A program made the position numbers and the translations under genes. Positions 26,356-38,498 of a stretch of 64,000 nucleotides of DNA are shown piece after piece. The stretch's first letter is position 1; each line of letters opens with the position of its first letter. Source of the DNA: Lama glama. Its lineage: Eukaryota. Under the pieces are notes generated by a model. That model saw only the letters and a list, made by a program, of their open reading frames with translations, was not told the DNA's origin and ran no database searches. The stretch covers positions 13,704,001-13,768,000 of the forward strand of contig CM052817.1 of assembly GCA_028534125.1 (NCBI GenBank), given 5' to 3'.

Positions 26356-26706
26356 TGTCATGGACTGAATGTTTGTGTCTCCCCAAGATATAATGGTATC
26401 AGGAGGTGGAATCTTTGGGAAGTAATCAGGCTGCGATGAGGACATGAGGGTAGGGTCCTTATGATGGGATTATTGCTCCTGGAAAAGACCACAGACTGTT
26501 CTCTCTGTCTCTGTCTGTCTCTCTGTCTCTCTGTCCACGATTCTAGAACACAGCAAGAAGGCAGTCACCTGGAGGCAGGAAGAAGCCTTCATGTTGGCAC
26601 CTTGCTCTCAGACTTCCCAGCCCTAGAACTGTCAGAAATGGACGTCTCCTGGTGAACCCACCCAGTCTACGATATTTTATTGTGACAGTCTGGGCTGACT
26701 AAAACA
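26356..26706 (+). mobile_element. MLT1A-type MaLR solo LTR
   Basis: tgtcatggactgaatgtttgtgtctcccc...ggaggtggaatctttgggaagtaatcagg...gacttcccagccctagaactgt...gactaaaaca. Confidence 0.9.
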
Positions 26707-28659
26707 GACAGTATCTAGACAGTAATTCATACATGGTGGATATTCAGAAATATTCATTGTTTGGCTTCTCATTTTCACATGTACTCAGTTATAACTCATT
26801 AACAGTAAACGCCTACATTTCACAATGTGGATGTTGTTGCCACTGGGCATCTGTGTAGGGAACCATTTAGGGACCAGCAATGATTTGTATAATATTTGTC
26901 TACATTGCCACCATCCATGTAGAATATTTTTAGTGATTCAAAAGAAGCACATAGTTCGGCTGTGGAGGAGATTTTCAATCATTTTTTAAATTTGCTTTTA
27001 TTGGAGAAAGCACTTACAATGCCTTTCACAGTTCATCATTTGTGAAAGAGGCCTTTGTTAGCCTAAAATGTAACTGTAACAATTATTTCTCCAAAAAAAA
27101 AAAACAAACCAAAACAAAACCTCAACACAATACTCTTAAACCTTATTTGATTACCTCAAAAATTTTCCCAAAGAATGAATATGGACTTAAATCCATTTCT
27201 CATAAAAAAAAAAAAGGATTAACCATTGTTCCTTGTGACCCTAGTCAATGAGACTGGGACAACAGCATCTCCATTTGAAAGAGATTTTTGCTACAAGGTT
27301 GAAATTAACTTTAACTTCTTTTTAAATGGCTCAAAAATAACTTGCAGCATAGTGGTTATCTTGGAGGTGAGAATTATCTGTTTTATTAGCTCTCTTAGGC
27401 TGTATTTCACAGAAAAACTCTCATGACTCACTGATGTTTTTCAATCCATTGTTTGGAAAGCACTGGATAAGAATTGTGGTGATAACAGCTAAAATATATG
27501 GAGACGTTGGAAACTGAGGTTCTCATTATTGTAGCATGTTGCTTATCTGTATCTCATTCAACAGCATATTTTAAAAGTGTCACATTGACATTCTAACAAG
27601 AAAGAACAATTTACAGAGTTTCAGGCATTGCAGGCTATTTAAACTTATTGTGATAATATTTTATATTCAAAGACATTGAAAAGATAAGCTAAAGAACAGA
27701 AAAGAGATAAAAGTATGCATGAAGACAGTCAGTGCCTGGTAGGTATATATCTTACGGCAATGACCTGAGTTAAAAAAGTAAACCCCCCTACATCATCTAT
27801 AATTTTTGTCTCAGACTAATTAGGGGTTGGCAAGGCAGTAAAGAGGAAAGACGCAAACTTTCAGTGGCCAATCAAGAAACATCATTTAGAGAAGTCAGTA
27901 ACGAGTCTAATGACTGGTGGCCCAGACCAACAGAGAAAGAAGAGACCAAACTGAACGAGAAGGAACTGCATCTTCATTGTTCACAGCCCCGTCTCTTTTA
28001 CAAGTGATGCACACAAAGGAAGGTAAATCTATGAATGTTCAGAAATTAAATGGCGAGCACAGCAGGGCCAGGAGGGTCAAGCTCCAGAGTGGACACAGAC
28101 AGGCCCCTGACCCTGCTCAACAGGACATTATTTTGTCCATGAGCCCATCACTTATTCCTTCCCTATTCATTTCACCTCCTGTAACTCGGATAATATTGGT
28201 ACCTGCCTCATAGCACCAGGGGTATTAAACAAATTAACTGAAGGGTTGGGCATAATGCCTGGCATTTACCAACCCTTCATGGACTCCAATCATAATGCTC
28301 AATTATATTAAAAATATATAAGGGGTTTTAATCCATACTTTGAAACATTCAAGTTACCCAAACTTTTTTTCCCCCCATAACAAACTCTTTTCCTACTGCT
28401 GGGGATTAGGAGAAATTTACTCTCACAGTTGCGAAAGGAACACTTCATTGCGTGGTGCTGGTATTCAGGCAGCTTGCACTGACAAGGCCAAATGGGCTTT
28501 TAATGGTCAGTGTTGGCTCTGACGGCTGGAGGTGGAAGGCAGCAGTTGTTTGGTATTTTGACTATTATCCCAGAATATATTAATAGTTCACAGATACATA
28601 TGATTGAATTAGAGACAGATGAATCAAAGGAATGGTTTTTTTAATTCTATTTTTGATCC

Positions 28660-28975
28660 TGCAATAGACGGGGAGTTCCACTGACCAGATCCTCCTTTAA
28701 GACAGGCTCTTTTGCCCCAGCACTGAGTGCGTCAGGCTGTCAGCGGCCTCAGGATTTGATTCAGCTGCCCAGGGCTGCCTAGTCCAAGGACCAATTGTGG
28801 AACGCAGAAAGTCCCAACTATTCTGGGCCATCACAGGATAACTCCGACACCCCAGAGCGCCCTATGAGGTTGGCTGAGACTTTGTGGTTTTGCAATAACT
28901 AGACTTCCTCCTCTAAGTAATGCTACTTCTGCCCTCCCGTCCAATCCCCAGACCAAACTGCTCAAGAACCCAGTC
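28660..28975 (+). mobile_element. LTR16A-like ERVL LTR fragment
   Basis: cagatcctcctttaagacagg...ccccagagcgccctatgaggttggctgagactttgt. Confidence 0.65.
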
Positions 28976-29587
28976 TCCTCGGTTGGCTTCAGCCATTCAA
29001 ACTCTTTCAGGAATCTAGTGCTTTCCTTTTTTTCTCATATTCACAAAGTTACACGGCTTAAACGTCCTGCTGTCTGAAGCCCCTCAGTACCTAGGATCCT
29101 CCTGGGCCAGGCAGGAACCCCCTGACATTCTGTTCCAGGACCATTTGGGGAAGAGAAGTCTGGCACCATACAAGCAAAGGAGGGCAGTGGCGGTTCCTAA
29201 GTCTTGGGCAAAAGAACACCAAGGATGAGGGCTGGGTTACTGATGGGGAACTTGTGATTTTAATGAGAGTGGATTCATGAAATAGAGGAGAAAGAAAATT
29301 ATAAATTATGATATAAATTATAGATGCTAAGGAACTAGAGAAGTAACTGAAAAATAAAAACTACTAAAGTATGTTTACCTAATAAAATGAATGATAATGA
29401 TCCATCTATATGAACCTCTTTCTAATGAATTCATTTATTCTTTTAGTCATTCAATATGACTTAACTGAAAAATTATACAATACCAGACACTGTGTTAAAT
29501 ATTGGGACAGAGAGTTGATTAAAACCTGGTCCTTGCTCTTAAAAAAAAACCCTCACATTTATATCTCCTTATCTTACAACATAAATA

Positions 29588-29590
<3 letters not shown>

Positions 29591-29648
<58 letters not shown>

Positions 29649-29655
29649 TATATAT
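29591..29655. repeat. Compound (TA)n(CA)n microsatellite
   Basis: Direct reading. Confidence 0.95.
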
Positions 29656-30179
29656 GTGCCAGATCCATTTTTTTATATCCTAACCAATTTTGTCTTATAG
29701 AGACAATTTGTAACTCTAAAGATTTAAGATTGTATCACCGAAAACTATAAAATTGCTGTTTCATTTTTTACAGCTATATCTTGGAAGTTTTTTTTAAGTG
29801 TTCTGTTCAGGTATTACAGGTACCTGCTAAATTTTTTACAACAACAAATAAGACTGGCTAAATACATTTCCAGAGGCTTTGGATAAATATTCAGACAGTT
29901 GGCTTACCTACAGATTTGAGCTGATTGATGACAGCCTTAAAACAATTAGATGCATAATATATAATAACAGAGTAATAGACTGATCATGAAAGATTTTTTG
30001 GTAGGTAATATTTCATGGCTTAACACAGAATTGCTCCTCCAGGCAAAATTAGGGACACAACCTACTATTTCAGTTTCACAGAAATCATGTACGTCTTACT
30101 GGATGCTAAGAAACATCTCCCATAAGACATATAAGGTCATTGCATTGCTCATTTAAAGGAAATGTTTGTTGCAGAGACA

Positions 30180-30545
30180 ATCAGCCTTCCACCAAACACT
30201 GCGCTTCTTTGTCTAGCGCAGAGTGATGCTAGGAAGTAGCTGTCCAGTCAAGAACTACGTTACCTGTACCTCTTGCTTATAAAGGCATCTGTGACTAGTT
30301 TCTGCGAATACTAGCTCATGAGCAAAAGTGGTTAAGAAACATGGGGACCATTTCCACTTCCTTTTCCCTCAGGTGCAAGGATAAGCTAACAACTCTGAAT
30401 CCAGGGGAGATGATAAAACAAGAGATGGAAGGAGACTGAGTCCTTGAAATATTGCTTGAAAGAATGCTCATTAATTAGAAATACCTGTTTAGACTTTACA
30501 AGACTAAGAAATCTTTTTCTATTTGTGTATTTACCTTAACTATAT
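30180..30545 (+). mobile_element. Old MLT1 (I/J-like) MaLR LTR
   Basis: gaactacgttacctgtacctcttgc...tgtgactagtttctg...agatggaaggagactgagtccttg. Confidence 0.6.
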
Positions 30546-31139
30546 TGCAGACTTGGGGTTGAATGTAAGATTATCTTATGGAAAAGTGGACAAACATATG
30601 TTAATGACAACTTGGGTCCAATATCACAAGTCTATTAAAATGTGTCCGTATTTTTAAATGATTACATACAGTTTAACACTATGACATTTTCCCAGTAGGT
30701 CAAATTACATTTCTAAAAGAATGATGCACTTGTGGCTAGATTTTCTACTGTTCAAGTGGACAGATGAGTATAAACTGCTCAATCTTCATTCTCTTAAAGA
30801 TTAACATTTTTTAATTTTGAATTTGGCTTTTCACATCTGCATCAGTATTCAACAAATGATCATCAGAAAATATGTTCAGAGTAATAAACATGTGTTGTGG
30901 GGTTCTGTCAAGAATTTAAGGGAAAGAGCATTGTATTTACTTAGTGTGTTAAGTAATGACTCATCTGAATAAGTAAAACAAATAGTTTATGGACTTAAAC
31001 TATGCATTCATAATTTTTCTTTTTACGACAGTATTTTAAAAATACAATTGTAATCATATAATATATGCAAAAGTGCTTAATCCTGGGTCTGGCAAATTGA
31101 AAGCAAAGTGATGAGCTTTCTCATTCTCAGTCATACCAA

Positions 31140-31350
31140 TGAGAATCATGCCTTCAGGGACAGAGAAGCAACGGAATAGATGGAACCTAGATGTTTAGAT
31201 GGCCTTATGTAACAGGCTGTTAATCACTCAGTACCTCTGCCTGCTTTTGAATTATTGTCACATGAGAGAGAAATAAACTTTTATTTCCTTCTGATTCAAC
31301 TGCATTTTAGGATTTTGTTTTTGTTGTTACAGGAGTTTAACCTATTCACA
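31140..31350 (+). mobile_element. Old MLT1 LTR 3' fragment
   Basis: gaatagatggaacctagatg...catgagagagaaataaacttttattt...ttgttacag. Confidence 0.6.
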
Positions 31351-31352
31351 AG

Positions 31353-31714
31353 TGTTATGAGCTGAATTCTGTCCTCCTAAAATTCATTCTGAGACTCCAA
31401 CCTCAGAATGTGACTGTATTTGGGAGCTAGGGCTTTTAAAGAGGTGATTAAGTTAAAATGGAGTCTTTAGGTTGGGATTTAATTCACTGTGACTGGTGTC
31501 TTTCTAAGAAGAGGAGATAGACACAATGTAGGCAGAGAACGCAGGAAGAAGGCAGCCATCTGCAAGTCAACAAGAGAAGCCTCAGAAAAAAACAAACCTA
31601 TGGACACCTTGATCTTGGACTCCCAGCTTCCAGAACTGTGAGAAAATAAATTTCTGTTCTTTAAGTCACCCAATCTGTTGTTTTGTGTTGTGGCAGCCCT
31701 AGTAAACTAATACA
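31353..31714 (+). mobile_element. MLT1B-type MaLR solo LTR
   Basis: tgttatgagctgaatt...cctcagaatgtgactgtatttgg...ccagaactgtgagaaaataaatttctg...aaactaataca. Flanks ACAAG/ATGAG fit a 5-bp TSD ACGAG decayed at the CpG. Confidence 0.92.
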
Positions 31715-31922
31715 ATGAGGAATACACCATCCATCCATCCTTCCATTCATTCAGCTTTTACTTGGCACTTCTTTTGCCAACAAGCTCCAATGCAGATGAC
31801 AAGGTAAATAAAATCATCCTATGTCCTCAGGTAAATCACATACAATGGATAAGAAATATCTCCTTCCATTATAATTTATTCCTTTTTAGGGAATATGTTA
31901 TGTAAATAAAATATATTCCATC

Positions 31923-32337
31923 AGCTACAGGTTGTGTTTTGTTCCCCTCAAATTAGCCCCCAGTGTCTCAGAAAGTGATTGTATTTGGAAATATGGTTGT
32001 TGTAAACCTAATTAGTTAAGATGAGGTTATACTGGATTAGGGGTGGACCCCAAATTCAATATGATTAGTATCCTTATAAACAAAGGACATTTGGACAGAC
32101 AGACAGACAAGCATAGAGGAAAGACACAGGGGGGACTCTGCCTCTCAGGAGGACCTGAGGCTACCAGGAGCCAGGGGAGTGGCATGAAACAGATTCTCCA
32201 TCACAGCTCTCAGAAGAAGCAACATGCTGATGGACCAACCTGCCCCAGAACTGTGAGATGATAAATTTCTGTCGTGTAAGCCACCTATCTTGTGGAACCT
32301 TGGAAATTTGTGATGGCAGCTCTAGCAAAGTAATGCA
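31923..32337 (+). mobile_element. MLT1C-type MaLR solo LTR
   Basis: taattagttaagatgaggttatactggattaggggtggaccc...ccagaactgtgagatgataaatttctg...tagcaaagtaatgca. Confidence 0.88.
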
Positions 32338-32690
32338 TCATCTGCTCCACAGTAAAGGTTAAGTATTTCAGATTCTGGAATGAGTAAACAAATTCCACTA
32401 CTTAACATTTAGAGCCAGGGGAGTAAGTCACGCCAGTCTTACACTATTTTTTTTTTCCATCCAGCCACTTACTGATAAATCTCTATTCTTTCAACCAATA
32501 CTTACTGAGTATCTTTGTCTACATCTTTTATATCGTGCCACAGAAAGTGGGATAAATACCACTGAGCAGGAGATGCCAACCTCACATTTCAACATGTCAT
32601 TCTTTGGGAAACATGGAACCATGACCTGAAATGGATTTATTTTCCCAAATGAAATTTTGTCTATTCCACCAGCCAAACAAACAAACAAAT

Positions 32691-32721
<31 letters not shown>

Positions 32722-34918
32722 AATCCTGGTGGTAATAATATCACCTTTAAGTATACACTGAGGGACGAGAAGACCAAAGAGGCCAGATAGGCTATGTTAA
32801 CTTAAATCACAAAATAATGTAACCATCCGTGGGAGAGGAACATAGAAGATCCCTAGTTGCTGGTTATTTGAAAGAGTTTGGTAAAATAAGGACAAGACAG
32901 AATGCAGAAAAGTTGTTCCTATTGTTTTGTTTGGTCCCGTTTTCACTGAACAATTCCTCGATGTGTGAAAAACAATGACAGAAAAAGACACAGCAACAAA
33001 ACTTTTATGGTATTTTGTTGCATATTAAGAATAAGCCATCCCTCCCCCCTCCATATCCAGGTAAATACCAGGTAAATATTTGACTGTTCTTAAACTAAAA
33101 ACAAAAACTACTTGTCTTATTTCTCTCTCCTCTTTTCTCCTCTCTACACTTGCAAAGACACCTGTCGAGATTTAGAAAGTGCCTCCATTTGGTATGTGTA
33201 GCATACGAGAACAGACAGAAGACTACGCTCAACTTGGCAAATGTCTAATACCTTAGCCATCTCACAGTTCTCTGACTGCCGTGTTGGAATAAGTTAGAGT
33301 GGCTTCCTCTCTGTTCCTTTTGTTCATCCCGAATAACTGCTTTAGGAAACATGGTTGTTTCCAGATCCCCCCTCTAGCAACCAGCACCATCTGCAAGGAA
33401 AACCTGGATAAATGCTTCTTCAAATCCCAGTGCCTGGTTATTGTTGGTGAGGCCACGATGCAGGAAAATATATATTTTGAGTATGAAAGAAGGTAAGATA
33501 GAGCCGTGGACTAAATAACATTAAAAATCTCTTTGTTTTTCATGGTAATATGTATATGTGTGTGTGGAGGGGTGGAATTCTTTAATAAGAAAAATATTCT
33601 ATTCTATTCAATTACAAAACAACATAATGCGATCTTTATGAGAAAAGCATAAAATAAGATAGTACTTAAATTCCAAGGATTAGAGAAAAGATTGTGCCAA
33701 AAAAAAAAAAATCTAACATCTGATAGCCAGTATATATTCTTTTTTTTTAACTTTATTCTAGGACATTTAATGGCTAAAAAGGATACATTTACCATCAGCA
33801 TCATTATCATCATCATTCTTAATGTTGTTATGTGTTCTGATTACCATAAAAGAAGAGATGTAAAGAAAATCCAGCTCTTTATTGAGTATTGGTAGAAACT
33901 GTCAGAGTACATGGTATTGTTCCAGTACACTCTTACCCTAAATCTCAGGATTTTAAGAAGATCTGAGTTTGGGACACAAGATACCTAGGGATACTTAAAA
34001 GAAGGGAACCAATAAACATTTCAAGTATTTTGAGAGAACTTCTAAAATATATAATAATTTTGGGGAAAGGAGGTATGAAATTGCATTACTCTGGTATGAT
34101 GCTCATAGTCAAATGACTCTCGGGTCTACAGTAATGTGAAGTACTCTTAATCTTCACACAAACTGAACACCTGTATCCAAGTGTCAGTGTCAAGAAAACA
34201 ACTTTGTGTCTAAATTTCTACACGTTTAAAGATTCATGCTAACATCTCAAGAGTTAGAAAACTGTAATTGAGTGGAAGCTTGGACACAATTAATTCTTAA
34301 GCTGCATGATTTTTCACTTTCCATTTCAAGGATTGTCACTAAAGTAGTAATTTTTTTCTCCTCTTGTTAATCCAACAATTTCATACTGACAGCCTGTCAT
34401 CACGGGAATTTACTATCACATTAAGGCTTTACCCACTTTAATACAAACATTTCCCAGCTGAAATTAGATACACTGACAAGAAGTATGGCTTTTAGTTAAT
34501 GATTTATGTTTCTGCTTTGGGAAAAAAATCTCTTCTCTTAAGTATATCATACTGTCAAGTGGCTCCCAAACTTTTTGTTTGGAAGCATTCAAACGGAGGG
34601 CTTTACGGTTTCTGATCAATAAAAATAGTGCTTTGACATTTTTATATCCTTCTCCCCACAGAAAGAAGAAAGAAAATGCTACAGTACTAGGTTACACTGA
34701 TTAACAGAATGTGAATTGGAAACTAGTAGACTGTGGTGTGAGTCTTGGGTTTTCTGTTAACTAGTTCTGTGGTTTGGGTAAGTGGTTTTCCTTCTTATGC
34801 CATAGTTGTCTCAGCTATAAAGTGGGATCCTTGAAGGTGTTTAGAAAGAATAACTCAATCCAGGGGAAACTAAGCTGAAGGGACCATCAAATAAGGGCTC
34901 GGCAATTGTTATTTGAGG

Positions 34919-35070
34919 TTGTTAAAATCATTACTTATTGGGAACTACTCAGGCTAGAGTGTGAGGATACAAAAATGAAAAAGTCACACTTCCCTTGTTA
35001 AAATCATTACTTATTGGGAACTACTCAGGCTAGAGTGTGAGGATATAAAAATAAAAAAGTCACACTTCCC
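34919..35070. repeat. Tandem duplication, 2 x 76 bp
   Basis: Units 34919-34994 and 34995-35070 differ at only 2 positions. Confidence 0.97.
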
Positions 35071-36944
35071 CGAGACCCTCACAAACTGCGTTATGAAGCA
35101 CAAAGGAGTGGGCATATGTGAAAGCATTTTGAAAAATAGAAACTCGACTTAAGTAAAAGAATGACTTGTCAATACGACTGATCACCAATATCCTCAGAAA
35201 TAATTTAATGCCAAATTGTGGGTCAGCACCTCACTTCAGAATGTTTTGGCTTTTATTTAAAAACCACACTGCTAGTTTGGTTTAATCTTAAACATTAAAC
35301 ACCTGCTCATTAATTAACTCAATCATGCATTCAACTCATGCACTCAACAGACGTGTACAAGCTGTTCTGGGACTGACTGCCCAGCCTTTACAGCAGCCTT
35401 GTGTCCTGTTTCTCAAGCACATGGTCACACGTTTCTTTCCACTTAATGTCAACTTAGTCCTTATTTTATGTTTGACCTTCTAGGAAGGTTTTATGAGGCC
35501 CTCTGAGAAGACTGGTTTGTGTGTAACTCACAAACACCTCAAAAAAGATTAAGCGTCCCTAAATCATGAAGGCACCAAATCGAGCTGAAGAGGCTGCCAT
35601 GAAAATGAATACCTGACACAGCTTTGGCTGGGCTTGGGGAAACAAAAATTTGAGAGCCTACATTTTGGCAGACAATAGTATGAAGATCTATTGGAATTGC
35701 ATTCAAAGATTTTATACACATGACAAGACCCACCCTCTGCTAAAATTATCTTGACTTACAGCTCAAGATAACAGAGCTTCCACTGTCTCAAGTGCTAAAA
35801 TAATTATTTAATTGCTTTAATTCACTGTTAATCAATTTTTAATGCACCAATAAAGAATAATTATTTCCAAGTTCTACAAGAGTGATTAACAGGACTATAT
35901 TATCTTTCCAACTTGCTGTCTGCACAGTATCATGTGAGTTAAACCTACAGTAATAGAGTAGTTTACTGTTACTACTGCAATGAGAAGTATAAGTCTGTAT
36001 TATTTGTCAAAATCTATACAACTCAAGATTTCTATTTTTAAAAACACTAAATGGAAACATCAAACGAGTTAAAACAAACCTTATAATTTACTGTTCTTAA
36101 ATCAAATTAAAATGGAAATATAGATTAGATCTTTTCAGCATGACCCTGAAATAATAATAGTATATTTTAATATTTGTGATTTCAGCATTTAGACAGTACT
36201 TACTTGCCAAGATGCTTACATGTGAAATTCCTCTTAAGAATATGTAAGGAAAATAGTATGGTTTAGGAAAACTACATGAAAAGCTAATAAATAATAACCC
36301 CTTCTATTTTTTATGGGATCTGAAGTTTAAAATAATCCCATCCATTGCTTCATTTCTCGCTTTTCTGGACTGCTTATAGGGTAAAATATACTGATGGGTA
36401 ATATCCAAGAACCCATCTCGCTGTGGACAGCTCTGACAGTCCCAAGGCTCTTTGTGTTGAGCAGAAGCTTACTTATCTCTAGCTTCTATTTATTAAATTT
36501 TAGTCTTCATTTTGGTACTAAATCAAAGAATTCTGTTTTCCTTATACTCCTTAGCCCTTTCATCACTGGCGGGCAGACTATTTAGTCCCAATTTTCTGCT
36601 CATCAGCCTAAACACTCAGTTTCATCGACTTTTCTTCACAGGAGATGGTTCTGACTCATCATCTAGGTGGAACTCCTTTGAACATGGCCTAGTTTGAGGT
36701 TTCTCAAACTTTTTTCATAATATGTCTTATCAACATTATTTATCAAGCTTTATTTCCTATAGTTTTTTATTATGAAAGAGGTTTTGCTAGTTGCTCCAGT
36801 AAAAAAGAAAAATTAAAAGGTTGAAATTATCAAAATGTTAAAATGTTATATGAAAATATAAATTATTTGTTAAAATATTTAAAATGTGATAGTATACATA
36901 CAGCAAGTTCTTTGGATTTTCTAATAGGCATTCACCCCTGCCTT

Positions 36945-37037
36945 ATCTGGTCACTGTCCTTCCAGTAAACGATGCTAAGAATGGAACACAACACACTTGA
37001 GTGTGGTCTGACCAGCAGAGAACTGAGCAGAATCATT
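36945..37037 (-). mobile_element. L3/CR1 fragment
   Basis: gaatggaacacaacacacttgagtgtggtctgaccagcagagaactgagcagaat matches the antisense CR1 RT-region remnant. Confidence 0.6.
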
Positions 37038-37054
37038 TCACACACAATTTCTCT

Positions 37055-37672
37055 CCATTTCCTCTGGCGCCACGCATATCCACATCACAGTCATCTCTCA
37101 CCTGGACAGCCCCAACAGGCTCTTAACTGGCCATCTCCTCCCCTCATACATCCTTACAATCTATTCTCCACTAGTAGCCAAAGGGCTCTTTTGAAAGCAT
37201 AAAGCAGACCAAGTCATCATCTGCTCACAACACTCCAGAGACTTCTATTATGATGAGAATGAAATCCCAACTCCTTGCTTTAATCTTACCTCCCTCAGCC
37301 TCCCTCACACCCCTCCCAGCGCTCTGGCCTGAGTTATCCTTTTCTTATGCTTCCGTGAGGCCAAGGGTTTCTACATCAGGGCATGTGCACTGCCTGTTCT
37401 TGTGTGGAGTCCCTTTCCCCACATATTTGCCCAGCTGCCTCCTTCTCATGTGTTTCCTCCTCATCGGGCCTCCCTGGGGGACACTGAATACAAAGGAGCT
37501 TCTCTCATTACTTTCTATCATGTCACCCTATTTTAATACTATAATATTTGCCACTAATAACATAATTTCATTCTTCTCTTTACTATTTATCTAATGAGAT
37601 AAAGCCCATGAGAACAGTAATCTCAATCATTTTTTTTCAGAACAATTCTTGGCACATAAGTATTGTTGAAAA
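37055..37672 (+). mobile_element. L2 LINE 3' fragment
   Basis: catctctcacctggac...caatctattctccac...ttggcacataagtattgttgaa. Confidence 0.75.
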
Positions 37673-38498
37673 ATAGCAGATTTTTGGCTGTGAGTATATC
37701 AAATGATTAAAATCTAAGAGTCTGAGCCTGAGTTTGAATTGCTGATCTGTTCTCACCAGAGTTGAGATTTAGAAAAAGACACTTTACATCTCCATGCCTG
37801 AAGTTATACATCCAAAAAAATGGGGATAAAGTGTGGCTTTCCTCTCAAGATGATTATAAAGGTTAAATAATTTAAATAACTTACTTTGTGTGAAATGAAT
37901 AGATAACTGCTGTATAAATCCTGCAATTAATGGTAATGCATTAATTAATAGTCATTTTTAGTGTTGGGCAGCACTACTGCTGACTCACATTACACTTCAA
38001 GTATGATAGCAAAGTGTCCAAGTCTTTTTTCATGTGTAATGCTGTGTGCTGTCATCTCTACCTTTTTGTGCTCTTGCTGTTGCTTTTTGGGAGCCAACTG
38101 TGGGATTTTATATAGCTTTATTTTGTCATATTTAGTATGTCACCTGAACCTGCTGAAGATCTCAATTTTGTTATTCATTAAATGTCATTAAGTATATTTG
38201 GAATCAGGGCCTTCATCTAAAATCTGAAGTACTCAACTCAAGCGAGCTCAGCCTAGAGGCCTCCGAGAAGACTCATGGGGCCGTGCCATCCTCTCACAGT
38301 TTCCTTTCTCTTGCCCTCAGCAGAGGCCTGGGGATGCCAAACCTGGGTCTGCAAAGCATGTACCACTCTGGAGGAAGGACAAGGGCTACAGACAAGAAGG
38401 ACAGAAGAGCACAAATGAAGCAATGTGGACACTCAGCTGGCAAGGAACAGGCTTATGGGAAGGAGATGTGGAAAAAAGGAATGTCGTTATAGTGCAAC

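Noticed and set aside
33057..33078. Very short tandem duplications (ccaggtaaata x2; similar ones at about 53216, 57358 and 63365)
   Set aside because: Ordinary slippage products with no further structure.
34919..35070. Direct repeats as a possible CRISPR-like array
   Set aside because: Only two abutting units with no spacers, in mammalian DNA.
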